A DNA stretch of 64,000 nt from Octopus sinensis (Eukaryota): positions 50,654,001-50,718,000 of the forward strand of contig NC_043001.1 in the NCBI RefSeq assembly GCF_006345805.1, in the 5' to 3' direction. The notes below the pieces were generated by a model. That model saw only the letters and a program-made list of their open reading frames with translations. It did not search any database and was not told the DNA's origin. The position numbers and the translations under genes were made by a program. Each line of letters starts with the position of its first letter. Positions within the stretch are counted from its first letter, which is position 1. Shown one piece after another: positions 36,807-49,911 of the stretch.

Positions 36807-37222
36807 TATGTATGTATATATATATATATATATATATTTATACAGTTGTGGACAAACATGTATGTATGTATGTATGTATGTATGTATGTATGTATGTATG
36901 TATGTATGTATGTATGTATGTATGTATGTATAATGTATGTATGTATCTACACACATTACAGGAAGCTCTGCACAGGTTCCATCTACCAAATTCCACTCAT
37001 GCAATATTAGTCAACCTAACACTATGGTACAGGACCCTTGTCCATAGTGCTTTGCCATGAGATCAAACCATGCGGTAGTAAAGCAAACTCTTTCACTAGA
37101 CTGCCATATCTTATGCACAGACATCTTGTTACACCTGTCTATGCTGTTTGGTTAATATATGAAGGTATAGTGTTTCTAGATACTGGAAAACATAGATTAA
37201 CTTACATTTAGTTCCTTTACAT

Positions 37223-37506
37223 CGGTGGTTCTCAGCCAGGGTCCATGAAATATTTTCGGGGATCCACACAACAAAATAGTAAATAGTAATAAGGGTCCCT
37301 GAAAAAAGTTTGCTTTTGATGTATGTAGTGGTGTGTATTGCAAGAAACAGCCAGGTTTCTTTCTCTAATATTTTAGATAGTTCAACCTACACAAGTTAAT
37401 GTGTGGAAAATAAAATAGGAATTTAGAAAGAAGTTCCTATAAAACCAGTTTTTAAACAATGAATAATCAAAGGAGCTATGGATAAAAAAATGGTTGAGAA
37501 CCCCTG
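37223..37506. mobile_element. hAT-type MITE (284 bp)
   Basis: Perfect 8-bp TSD CTTTACAT (37215-37222, 37507-37514); TIRs CGGTGGTTCTCAGCC / GGTTGAGAACCCCTG. Confidence 0.9.
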
Positions 37507-37529
37507 CTTTACATGCTGATAAATCTCAC

Positions 37530-37850
37530 AATATTTCTTCTGATTTTCTGTGCTTCGAGTTCGAATCCCACAGATTCGTATTTTCATTTCGTATTTTCAT
37601 GGTCAATAAAAAAGTAACAATCCAGAGATTGGCAGAACAGTTGGAACATCAACTAGCAGGCTTTGTGGTGTTTATTTCAGCTCTTTGTGTTCTGACAACA
37701 ACACTTGTGATGACACGGGTGCCAAATTATATCTGTGTTACCTTTGTCTTAGATATCAACAGTGGTGTGGGTAAGAAAGACTTGTATGTATGGCCAACTG
37801 CTAGACCACAACAAAAAAAGAAAATAAAAAAAACAAACCTTGCTGAGGAC
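37530..37850 (+). mobile_element. SINE-like repeat (homologue at about 39570-39910)
   Basis: B-box-like GAGTTCGAATCCC; both copies share GGTCAATAAAAAAGTA..CAATCCAG and GACAC.GGTGCCAAATTATAT. Confidence 0.55.
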
Positions 37851-38117
37851 TATGACTTACTTTTTATAGTTTATCTTTTTCTTGTGTCAGTCACTGGACT
37901 GCAGCCATGCTGGGACACTAAGGTACAGTCTTGAAAAGGTTTTAGTTGAATGAATCAACCCTAATACTTATTTTCTAAAAAGCCTGGTACTTACTCTATC
38001 AGCCCCTTTTCCCAAACTAGTAAATTACAGGAATGTAAACAAACCAATACCAGTTGTCAAGTGATGGTGGGGAACAAACACAAAGGCACATGCATATATA
38101 TATATATATATATATAA

Positions 38118-38293
38118 TGCTCTCGAAGTGGTTGGTATTAGGAAGTGCATCCAGCCATAGAAACCATGCCAAATAAGACTGTAGTCTGGTGCAGCGCCCC
38201 CCCCCAGCTTACCAGCCCTGATCAAACTGTTCAATCTATGCATGGATAGCAGACATTAAATGAAGATGATGTTGATAATGATGGTGATGATGA
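38118..38293 (+). mobile_element. Old RTE 3' tail fragment
   Basis: GGTATTAGGAAGTGCATCCAGCC...degenerate (GAT)n. Confidence 0.7.
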
Positions 38294-38321
38294 TATATAT
38301 ATATATGTATATATATATACA

Positions 38322-39209
38322 CAAGGTCTGATCAGTAAATATTCAAACTGTTGCTATAGTCACAAAGCTAAAGCATGCAGAGTGAAGCTACTTGGCACAG
38401 ACTGACCTTGAACTCTGCTCTGCATGTGCACTAAGTTTTAACATTCTAGCTCACTTCTGCTGTTTACAGCAGTGCTTGGAAGGAAGAGGTGTAGCATTTG
38501 ATCGTCACATTGACCATGACAGAGAAAGTTGTCCGGGTGATATCTGCCCAGAGGCCTATGCAAAGTTGCAGAAAGTGTATGGAGAGGAGTGTATGAGCCA
38601 CATACAAGGGTATGAGTAATTCAGATGTTTCCAAGATCACTGGAACAATATCGATATTGATGAACATTCTGGGAGACCTGCAGCCAGCAGAACTAAGAAA
38701 AACATCACATGCAGAGGTGAGGGGAAATCATTGAATCACCATCCGTGAATTATTAGAGGATGTGCAGATTAGTTACAGTTCAGCTCAGTCCATTATCACT
38801 GAAAATTTAGGTATGAAATGCATGTCTGCCAAGTTTGAGCCAAAACTGCTTTCAACTGACCAAAAAGACACCCAGGTTTTAGTTACATAAGGTCTCTTTG
38901 ATTGTGTCAAGAATGATAAAAAACCTTCCAAAACTTTTGTGTAGGCCTCTGAGCAGGTATTGCTAAGCTTTTGGCAAAATTTAATACTGATTCTCTATAC
39001 AACTTTCATTGTCATGGTCAATGTGGCAGTCACATGCTACACACCTTCCTTCCAAACACTGCTGTAAGCAGCAGAAGTGAGCTAGAACTTTAAAAATTAA
39101 TGTGCATGCACAACAGAGTTTAAGGTCAATCTGTGCTGAGCAGCTTAACTCTGCATGCTTTAGCTTTGTTATTATGGCAGCAGTCTGGATATTTATTGAT
39201 CAGACCACA
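38322..39209 (+). mobile_element. Internally deleted mariner with about 200-bp TIRs
   Basis: TIRs 38322-38520 and 39011-39209; internal AYAKLQKVYGEECMS, DEHSGRP, LGMK..SAKFEPKLL. Confidence 0.85.
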
Positions 39210-39972
39210 TATATATATGTGTGTGTGTGTGTTTGTGTGTCAGGTTTCTTTCAGCTTTCATTTACTAGATCCACTCACAACGTTTTGGTCAACGTGGAGC
39301 TATAGCAGAAGACACTTGCCCAAAGTACCATGCAATGGGACTGAATCCAGAACCTTGTGGTTAGGAAGCAAACTTCTTATTAAGCGGTCATCTTTGTGCT
39401 TGGAAGGGGAACTTTCAAGATGTAGAACCCTAAGGTCAACCATAACTAAAGTGATCCCAATATAATTATTTCCTGATTTTAACATTTTTCTTTCTTTTCA
39501 GTGATTGTAACACAAAAGTTGCAATTTAGTAGACTTGTTAGAGTATTAGATAGTATACGTTACATTATTTCTTGTGGTTCTCAGCACTCTGAGGCTAAAT
39601 CTGCTTTTTTTTCCTTTCTAGGTCAATAAAAAAAAAGTACCAATCCAGTAAAGTAGATTAGCAGAATACTGGAAGGTCAGGCAAGATCCCTACTAGTGTC
39701 TGTTTCAACCCTGTGTTTCAACATCAACATCTGTGAAGACACCGGTGCCAAATTATATATCAACCCAAGTCATGACCTTTCTCTTGAATGAACATCAGTG
39801 GCTTTGAGAGGAAAGGCCTGCATACATGTGTTACATCCCAGTCTTCCTCAAAACAATGCTGACCATATTTGCACGTGCATGGGCAGATACATGGCTAACT
39901 TTCAGCAGTTTTAGAAAAACAATAATTTGAATGAAAGGAAAAAAAGGTATACATGTGTTTGGAAACTGGACT

Positions 39973-40665
39973 ATCATCATCATCATTTTAATGCCCACTT
40001 TTCCATGCTTCCACGGGTCAGATGGAATGTGTCAAGGCAGATTTTTTATGTTTGGATGTCCTTCCAATCACCAACTTCACCTGTTTCCAAGTAAAGTAAT
40101 GTTCACCCATGACCAGATGTTTTCACAAAATACTGGATATGAATGACATTGCTTACATGATAGTGACACTCATTTACAACAATCACATGATGTGAAGGCA
40201 AAGACACAGTAACACATGCATGCACACACACACATAAAGACACACACACACATGCAAAGACCCAAACACACACATACACACATACACATACACCCACACA
40301 CACAGCTTCTTTCAGTTTCTTATTTCTTTATTGCTCACAAGGGGCTAAACATAGAGAGGACAAACAAGGACAGACAAAGGGATTAAGTCGATTACATCGA
40401 CCCCAGTGTGTAACTGGTACTTTATTTATCAACCCCAAAAGGATGAACTCAGAAAGTAACGGCAGACAAAATACTGCTAAGCATTTCGCCTGGCATACTA
40501 ACTTTTCTGCCAGCTTGCCACCTTACAGCTTCTTTCAGTTTCTATCTACCAAATCCACTCACAAGGCTTTGGTCAACTTGGGGCTATAGAAGACACTATG
40601 TAGTGGGATTCAACCCGAAACTGTGTTCTTGAGAAGCAAACTTCTTGTTACACAGTCATGCTGGC
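39973..40665 (-). mobile_element. SINE with family A head and RTE-like (GAT)n tail (family E), with a nested family C SINE
   Basis: Head 40545-40665, CA microsatellite, tail ending (ATC)n at 39973 on the plus strand. Confidence 0.7.
40321..40524 (-). mobile_element. Family C SINE with 19-bp TSD
   Basis: ACAGCTTCTTTCAGTTTCT at 40302-40320 and 40525-40543. Confidence 0.85.
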
Positions 40666-41376
40666 ACCAATGAATTTTGTATTTCAGATAAGTGTTAATG
40701 AAAGGAGAATGTGAAGAGATATTACAAAAACATCCTGCATTGATGGTAGTTATCTTTGGTGGAAGTCATAGCAGATGGTGTGCTGCAGAAAAGAGCAGTG
40801 TCTTCATTTTTACAAATTGAGCCATTATTTACAAATGCTTTTTATGTAAAAATGACATACTTTTGCAGGTCAAACAGTGAAATTTGGTTTTCTAACAAAG
40901 CAGTTATTATTAATAACTTTGAGATATATAGAATGAATGGTTGAGTGAGTTTTACTCATAACTGTTAAAATCAGAGGTTAGACATTAGATTATTACTCTT
41001 AACATGATCCTGCTAAACATGACTCAATGTTTGACTCCCAGGTCATGACTGATCTAGAAGACTCATGATCAAAACTGTTCTAGCCTTGGTAACCTTCAAC
41101 TTTTTTATAATTTCTTCCAGATATAATGTATTTAGGATTATATTTTCCAGTGGGTTCTTACATTCTTTTTTTTTTTTTGTTAAAGAGTGTAGGGTATGAT
41201 AAGAGATTGCTGTTCACAGACAGGCAAGCATTGACTAAGTGGATCTGTAATAAAAAATGTTTCAGCTGTGACTATCTTCTTTCAGATACCATGCATGACA
41301 CTGCTAGTATGATGGTCATGTTCATTTACAGCTATTACATGATGTCAAGCATCGTACACACATACACACACACACA

Positions 41377-41421
<45 letters not shown>

Positions 41422-41464
41422 CACACACACACAATTATAGACACAGATACATACATGTATATAT

Positions 41465-41700
41465 GTAGCCAAGTGGTTAGGGTGTTGGACTCATGATCAT
41501 AAGTTTATGGTTTCAATTCCTGGAGTAGGCAATGCATTGTGTTCTTGAGCAAAACACTTCATTTCACGTTGCTCCAGTCCACTTGGTTGGTATAAATGAG
41601 TAATCTTGCCGCAGATCAGTGTCCTGTTCAGTGAGTAAATATATATACACCATAGAAACTAGGAAACTGGCCCTTATGAGTCCATAGGGCTTGAGAAGGA
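41465..41700 (+). mobile_element. Family B SINE
   Basis: Head GTAGCCAAGTGGTTAGGG...GGTTTCAATTCC; GTTCTTGAGCAAAACAC. Confidence 0.7.
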
Positions 41701-42389
41701 TGCTTTATCCTTTTTTATATATGCATCTAGCCATGGAAACTTTTCACACACTCTACCCCGAGAAAATGAACTACATTTCCTCTTCTAAACAGCATCTTTC
41801 TCACATTTCCTCTTCATAAACTGTAATTGTCTTCCAATCCCCTTTCCTGCCCTCTACCCAATTTTTCGCCAGTCACTGCAATCCCCATTCCCTACTTGCA
41901 CCTTCTTGGCAACACCTGACCACATATATTACAACCGTCATACCTCTCTTTTCTTTACTCTACCATCACATCTCTGCTTTGATCCTTGTTATTTATGAGT
42001 ATTTCCTAGCATTTCACCATCTCTCTCCTGCTCTCTCTTACACTTTTGTAGTTTCCTACTCTCTATCTCTCTTTCCTTTGCTCTTCCCTCTGGTTGGGTT
42101 AACCAGGTATCTCCTCTACAGCAGCACACCTACTTTTGCCCTCATTCTTGGTTGCTTTCTCTCTTTCTCACGAGGTAAGCATGTATCTTCACTATAGCAA
42201 GACACCTATTTCTGCCTCCCTATTTCTCTGTCACACTCTATAATTACCTGTTACTCATCTCCTCCAATGCCCCATCCATTATAGCAAAATACCTGTTTTT
42301 ACCTCTCTGTCTCTTTGTCACACCTTTCATCATCTGGCACAAGTTCCCCTCCTCAAAAGCCCCTCACATAATTCCTTGTCTTGCGAGTT

Positions 42390-42700
42390 ACTTGGTGACC
42401 CTGTCAGTGCTGGTGCCATGTAAAAAGTACCCAGTCCACACTGTAAAGTGGTTGCATTTGGAAGGGCATCCAGCTGTAACAATCATGCCAAAACTAACCT
42501 TATCTGTGCTAGTGCCACATAAACAGCTCTGAGTCCACTCTGCAGAGTGGTTGGTGTTAGGAGGGAGGAGCATCCAGCCATAAAAAACCCCTGCCCAAAC
42601 AGACACAATAGCATAGGGTAGTTTTTCTACCTGGCCAGCTCATGTGAACCATTCTACCCATGCATGCATGGAGCAGGCCTCAATGATAGTGGTGGTGTGT
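42390..42700 (+). mobile_element. Old RTE 3'UTR fragment
   Basis: Two degenerate GGAAGGGCATCCAGC motifs and a decayed tail. Confidence 0.6.
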
Positions 42701-43689
42701 TAACACCAATCATTAAAAGATAACATTTTTTTCAAATTCATAATAGTTATTCTTCAGATTGCATGCATTTTTCTTTTCTTCTCTTCCTTCTTTTTGTCCT
42801 TTTTAAATAATATCAAGTGTAAGACTTACATAGTTGGAAAGGCCTAAAACAAGCTAAAGATCCTGTATGAACTATACTCTGCTGATGAGGTTTAATTGGC
42901 TGAAACATCCTCCCTTGCTTGCAAACAAAGGTAAAACTTTACCCTAAAAGTGTGAATGAACTTTGAAAGATTAATTACTTTACCCTTTCATTTGTGAGTC
43001 TCTAATAATTTCTGTTATGTTTTTGTTTCCTTTCTCCAACTAAGAGGTTAAATTTCAGGCCATTAAGAATTTTTTTGCATACAACTTTCAGTACATTATC
43101 TGTTAACTTACAGGTCATGTGTATTGATTAACACGTGTTTGTATTATTGAAATCTTCTATGTAAACATTTCTATTTGAATTTGTGAACACAAAATATAGA
43201 GTAATATTTTTGTTGTACATCTCTTATGGTTTCTTCCTCATTGACTATATTATTTTACATCCTTAACAAACACTTATTCTGCTTTCCACTTGTCTCTTTC
43301 TTTTACACACACACACACACACGACTTGCACATGCAGATACACACTCACATGCATACAGATTCATGATTTGCTGAGGCAGACAGCTATTATCAGTCTTTT
43401 GACACATGTCAGAGTGTCCTTTTGTCAGTATAACTGTTTCCAATAGAAAAACTGATAAAGTAACATGACTGTGATTTTATCGGCTATTTTCAGCCAATCT
43501 AATTGTTTACTTTTATAAGCTTGCTGGTCCAACTCAGTGGAGTCTCAATTTTCCAATAAAAGCCATTGTTTACTGAACAATCAACAGCAATTCTTGCAGG
43601 ACTTTGCAATATTTCAAATTCTCAAACCTCATACTCTTGCACAGTTTTACTCATGAAATTCATAGAAATCTTTTTTTTCCTGTTAGTAT

Positions 43690-44095
43690 TTTTATTTTAC
43701 TTGTTTCGGTCATTTGACTGCAGTCATTCTGGAGCACTGCCTGAAGTGTTTTTGTTGAACAATTCAGCCTCTTGACTTATTTTTAAGCCTAGTACTTATT
43801 TTCTTGGTCTCTTTGCTAAACTGCTAAGTTACAGGGATGTAAATACACCAACACCGGTTGTCAAGCGGTAAGGGGGGTACATATACAGACACAAAGACAC
43901 ACACATAGATACACACACACATGTATATTCAATGGGCTTCTTTCAGTTTCTGTCTACCAAATCCACTCACAAAGCTTTGGTCAGTCCAAGGCTATAGTAA
44001 AAAACACTTGCCAAGGCACTACACAGCAGGACTGAACCCAGAACCAAATGGTTGGTAAGCAAGTTCTTACCACACAGCTGTGTCTGCACCTACGT
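43690..44095 (-). mobile_element. Family A SINE
   Basis: Tail, microsatellite, central domain and head. Confidence 0.8.
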
Positions 44096-45629
44096 ATATA
44101 TGAAAATAAAGAAAAAAATACTTATTTACAACTAACTTTGTTATATATATGAAACAACCTGTTAAATTTTCTTCTAACCTAAAATACTCCTATACTTTAG
44201 TTCATAATTGTTTCTAGCATTGGTATAAGGCTACACATTTTCATGAAAGAAATAGTTAACTTGACCTCCTTTGTAACCATATCTCTGTTGAAACAGACTA
44301 CCTTTGTTTCAAATGATTTTAAAACTAATGAAGAATTTATTTACAATAACTTTGGTGCTTGGAACATAAATTAAGTTGAAATTTTGTTGGAAAGCTTTAA
44401 TTTAGATTGCTTTAAAACAGTGAAATTGTCTCCAAGAACCAGTTACAATCTCGGGTATTAAAATGGTTATCTGAGTACTGTTTTTTATTAAATATTTTGT
44501 ATTACTAACTCATGAAGTCCAGTAATTGTTATTAGTTATACATACAGCAAGCTTCTGCAAAATCCCTATAAATGAAATTCCCTACCACAAGGGTTTTGAT
44601 AATCTCAAGGCTATAAGTAGAAGCCATGTCGTAGGATTGAGACTGGAACCATACAATTGCAAAGCTAGATTCTTAACTACACAACCATGCCTAGAAAGAT
44701 GAAAGACAAAAATTGACCCAAGCCAAATTTGTTTTTACTTGTTTCAGTTATTTGACTGCAATCATTCTGGAGCATTAATACTTTTTAAGCCTAGTACTTA
44801 TTCTATTGGTCTCCAAAAAACAAAAAAAAAAGAGAGAGAGAGAGAGAGATTAATTCCCTAGATATATTTAATAGTAAGCTAACAAAACAAATTGGAGAGC
44901 TGAACAGTCAAACTGATACTGTCATACGATATTTCTAGATTAGGAAGTAAATTGCTTTCTTATCTGTAATAGTATCGCATACTCACGTTTCCTTGAGGGT
45001 TATTTTATTACCTTATATAATCTTAGATGCAGAATTTAAATGTCTCAGTTAAGGTATTGTTATCTGATTCTTCTCAGATAAACATATCAGTAGCATGAAC
45101 AGCTGGTTCCATCATAATTTATTTGCCGAATGTGTTGAGTTGATCTTCAAAAATCACAAACTGTTTTTAATGTGCTCTTGGGCTTCACCTACTAAAAGTG
45201 GCAGCAAAACCTCTTGCAAGTTGTATGTATTGCTAAAAAAAGGTAAGGAATAGTCCTAGATATACAAAATGAGTGGATGGTCATGGCTGGAACACATTTG
45301 ATCTATTAGAGCTAATCTGTGCTTTAACAATAACAAGCGTATTAACATATGTATTCGATAACAATACTTTAACTGAGACATTTAAATTCTGCATCTAACA
45401 AAAAAAACAAAAAAAATGAGAGAGAGAGTGAGAGTGAGAGAGAGAGTGTTTCTTTATTCACCATAAGGTTGAGAAAAAGAGGGGATAAACAAACGTTGGG
45501 GTCCGGGTATCGAATGAGATGAAACGTATGAATAAACAAACAATTAAAATATATACAATTAAATGAGAATGAGTGAATAACAAAAAATGAAGCGCAGGAT
45601 GCGGTTGACCCCACAAACCACATACACTG

Positions 45630-46222
45630 AAGACTTTGCTTTCTCCTTTTTCACATTCTCGATTCTTTCACTCGCAACATACTTGCTATAGACTTCCATC
45701 TTTCCCTTTTTCTGGTGAAGATGTCGTCAATTTGGCTAGTGTGTCTGCCAGAATGGTAGGTGACTAGTATTGCTAGTATTGCAAACCATAAGATCATTTG
45801 CATCACAGAACCCCAGCAGCCCGGTTCCCTCCTCATTACGGGAACCAAAACCGTAGCCTCCATATACACCATGGAAGCCCCCTGTATGTTGTCCAAAATG
45901 TCTATTGAAGGCACCAGCCACAAAGAGAAGGTCCCTGTCATTCATCAATGAGGTAGTCTGCAAGTGGGTGTCATAAAATCGGTCTTTCTGTCCATTGAGT
46001 AGCACCGGCTGAGGGGCATAGGCTGAGATAATGGTTGCTAACCCATGATGAAGCACTAATCTAATCTTAAGCATTCTGTTGCATACTCTGACTACCTCGA
46101 TTACCTTATCCACCTATTTCTCCGCAAGAAGTATACCCATGCCCCTGACCCCATCACTGTTCCCTGCCCAGAAAATCTTGTACCTGTGTTCTTTGCCTGT
46201 GAGGAACCTCCTCACCACCTTA
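45630..46222 (-). mobile_element. RTE AP-endonuclease segment, inverted relative to the adjoining RT segment
   Basis: CCLQEVRW, DKVIEVVRVCNRM, ISAYAPQ, AGAFN (GDFN), GYGFGSRNEEG, CDANDLMVCNT, SQIDDIF. Confidence 0.85.
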
Positions 46223-46225
46223 CTT

Positions 46226-47882
46226 CTTGGAGGCAGCACATATCGAATTCCAGGTAGAGGTAGGGGTCCACCAAGGTTCAGTCCTCAGCTTCCTCCTATT
46301 TATCATAGTCCTCCAGGCAATAACAGAGGAATTCAAGACAGGATGCCCCTGGGAGTTCCTCTATGCTGACAACCTTGCTCTAATTGCGAGTCACTATCAG
46401 AACTAGAGGAGAAGTTTCAGGTGTGGAAACAAGGATTAGAATCGAAGGGCCTGAGAGTCAACCTAGCTAAAACCAAAGTCTTAATAAGTAGGAAGGCAGA
46501 CAAACCACAAATTCCTTTAGGTAGATGGCCCTGCTCGATCTGTAGAAAAGGCGTAGGTAGAAACTCTATATATAAGATGTATCCAGTGTAAGCTATGGAC
46601 ACTTAACAGGTGCAGCAATATCAAAGGAGGGCTAACTGGGAAGATGGTTTTTGTATGTGGCAGATGCTCAGGAGGAATAAACACTGAAAATGTGCAGAGA
46701 ACAACTTCTGCCACATTCCAGGGAGAAAAACTATTAGTAGTTGATAGCTTCCATTACCTAAGTGACCAAGTCAATAGCCGAGGAGTGTGCACTGAAAATG
46801 TAGCTGCTTAAATAAGAATAGCCTTGGCAAAGTTCAGAGAGCTCTTACCTCTGCTAGTGACAAAGGGCCTCTCGCTCAGAGTAATAGGTAGACTGTATGA
46901 TGCATGTGTATGAACAGCCATGCTATATGGCAGTGAAACATGGGCTGTGACTGCTGAGGACATGCGTAAGCTCACAAGAAATGAAGCCAGTATGATCCGA
47001 TGGATGTGTAATGTCTGTGCATACTCGACAGAGTGTAAGTACCTTGGGAGAAAAGTTGGACCTAAGAAGTATCAGATGTGGTGTGCAAGAGAGATGACTG
47101 CATTGGTATGGGCATGTGGCGAGAATGGATGAGGATAAATGTGTGAAAAATGTGTGGTTGAGGGAACCTGTGGAAGAGGTAGACCAAGAAAGACCTGGGA
47201 TGAGGTGGTGAAGCATGACCGATGCAATGACTAGTGACTGAGACCTTTGGAAATATGCAGTGCGTGAGAAGACTCCTCAAGCCAAGTGAGACCATAACTT
47301 GTGGCCTATGCCAGGGGTGTAACCATCCAACTTATGTGTACCTTTCCTTCATTGGACACTAAACTCTGCTTACAAAGACCTATTGAATCAAGAGAGATCG
47401 AAATCAAATCAAATTTGCAAATTCGATGACTGGCACCCATGCCAGTGGATCATTAAGAGCACCATCCAAGCGTGATCACTGCCAGAACAGCTGACTGGCT
47501 TCCATGCGGGTGGCATGTAAAAAGCACCATTCAAACATGATTGTTACCAGTGTCACCTTAATGGCACTTGTGCTGGTGGCATGTGAAAAACATTCGAGTG
47601 AGGTTGTTGCCAGTGCCGGTGGACTGGCTCCTGTGCAGGTAGCACATAAAAGACACCACTTGAGCATGGCCATTGCCAGTACTGTCCAACTAGCCCTCGT
47701 GCCAGTGGAATGTAAAAGCACACACTACACTCTCAGAGTGATTGGTGTTAGGATGGGCATCCAGCTGTAAAAACTCTGCCAAATCAGATAGGAGCCTGGT
47801 GCAGCCATCTGTGTCACCAGTCCTCAGTCAAATCGTCCAGCCCATACTAGCATGGAAGCCAGACATTAAACGATGATGATGA
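46226..47882 (+). mobile_element. RTE LINE 3' portion (RT, PHD-like insert, 3'UTR)
   Basis: Colinear with 27076-28715; ends in (GAT)n then (AT)n. Confidence 0.92.
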
Positions 47883-48239
47883 TATATATATATATTATAT
47901 ATATATATATTATATATATATATACATATGTACATATATATATATGTTTATATATATACATATATACATACATATATAAATACATATATATATATACATG
48001 TATATATATACATATATATAAATATAGGCATAAGTTAGAGGTGTCTAAAACCTCTAAGGGATAGTTAAATCCAAAGGCGCTCCTGGTGGTTGGCTGCATA
48101 GGGACAGTCCTTGGTAAAAAGTATACTGTAGCAGGTGATTCAGCGAGTAAACCGTAGTTTAAATTATATACAAGAAGAAAATGGAGGAAAAATAACAGGA
48201 AGAAGTTGGTCGTTTGTGCTAGTAAGCCATTAATTTTAT

Positions 48240-48600
48240 TAATTAATAAAGAAAAGTGGTAGTAATAGTATATTTACGATCATTTCTGTTGAAATTCCAA
48301 TAAAGGAGCCTTGGAGTTAAGTTAGAAACCGTCTCTTTCTCTATTGGCAAGAAGTCTTGAGATAAAACTGAATAATGACATGCATACATAATACATACAT
48401 ATACACATGCACACACATACATACACATACATACGTAAAACATACAAACAAAAATACCCTGTTGTTGATGTTGAAATTCCATTGAAGGAACCTTGATCTA
48501 GGTTAGAAATTGGTTCTTTCTCTATTGGCAAGAAATCTTGAAATAAACTGAATACATACATACATACATACATACACAAAGGGGAAAAAAGTTTTCGGTT
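48240..48600 (+). mobile_element. R4/Dong-like 3'UTR with internal duplication
   Basis: TCTCTATTGGCAAGAA.TCTTGA.ATAAACTGAA occurs twice, each followed by TACA repeats; rc of 5517-5720. Confidence 0.6.
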
Positions 48601-48829
48601 GTATATTAGGATGCAGATTACCTGATAGCACCTGCAAACAAAACGAGGATAAAAAATAACTCCGAGGTTGGGGGGTGGAATTTCCAGGATGCAAGTTGAC
48701 TGGGAACCTGGGGCCCACCAAAACTGTTCCCAATTGGGCCCTGCACCTCCTGAGGCTGGCTTGCATACATACATACATACATACTCTTTTTGTACTTCTT
48801 TTCATTTTGACACTGAATTCATTATCCTT

Positions 48830-49910
48830 CCTACCGCAGAAAACAAATGCCAGAAATATCAATGTCACTCATAATTTCTTTATAGATGACCTGAAGATTT
48901 ATGCTCAAAGTGTTAACAATGCCAGAAAACAACTGGAATTAATAACATTTTCAGCTGATATAGGCATGATATAGCCAAAAGAAATATTCATATTTGGTTA
49001 GAGTACAAGGAAAGCCAGTCCCCCAAACTCAAAACCTGTGTATCAACGGTCTCTCTATCTCCCTCATTCCACACAAAGAATGTTACAAGTATCTAGGCAT
49101 AGATGAAAATATATCAAATGAAAGCACTGTGAATATAGACAGAGTAACCCAAGAATATTACACCAAACTTAGGAAAATATGATAGTCATATGCATTTGCA
49201 GCACCAGTACTGATCCCAACATTTGGGATACTTGATTGGTCTGTAGAGAAACTCCACTCCATAGATATCAAAACCCGCAAAATCCTGACAACAACTGGGA
49301 AGTTCCACAGAAACAGTGATGTTAACAGGCTCTACCTAAGAAGAAATGAAGGTGGTAGAGGCCTGAGATTGGTGTAGACGGCCTTCGAATGCCATATGGT
49401 ATCACTCAGGCAACACCTGTTAAACAACAGCAGCAAAAATAAATATATAAATGCAGTACTGAAAAGTGAAGTGAGCAACATTGTATGAGCTGGCAGTGAG
49501 CTCCTCAAGAAACACTCTCTTCCTGATGATCTCTTATACAGCTGGGCTCCCTTACCTCAGAGAAGACCTGGATAAGAAGCATTCAACATACGAGAAAAAG
49601 ACTATGCATAGGTATGTTGCCTGGAAGCCTGAAGAAGATAGTAGAATTTACATGAAGCACAGCCTCACTTGGACACAAGACCACTACACATCCCACTTTC
49701 AAGGCTATACATTTGCAATCCAGGAACAGGAGATTGCTGCAAAGTACCTGGTGAACAAGAGAGACAGTGACACTCTTGTAATCCCAAGGTGCAACTGCAT
49801 GTGTAGGCTATGTCATATTTCTGTGGAAGACATCACATGTGATTAGCAGCTGTCCTAAAATGTTGTCATGGTACTACCTCCCTATGTTGCACAATGTTGT
49901 TGCATAACTT
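48830..49910 (+). mobile_element. R4/Dong-like non-LTR retrotransposon RT/thumb/zinc-knuckle fragment
   Basis: FFIDDLKIY, YKYLGIDE, RLYLRRNEGGRGL, FAIQEQEI, CRLC..SVEDIT..ISSC. Confidence 0.85.
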
Positions 49911-49911
49911 G

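Larger units (their letters stand above)
37860..39380 (-). mobile_element. Family A SINE (tail 37860-38095, head 39240-39380) containing an RTE tail and a mariner derivative
   Basis: Co-oriented halves separated by (TA)n-flanked insertions. Confidence 0.7.

Noticed and set aside
37494-37934. 146-aa ORF
   Set aside because: Runs across a MITE end, a SINE-like repeat and a SINE tail.
42830-42899. Open 70-nt minus-strand exon candidate (PIKPHQQSIVHTGSLACFRPFQL)
   Set aside because: Plausible splice sites but overlaps a hammerhead-like relic on the other strand, and 23 open codons can arise by chance.
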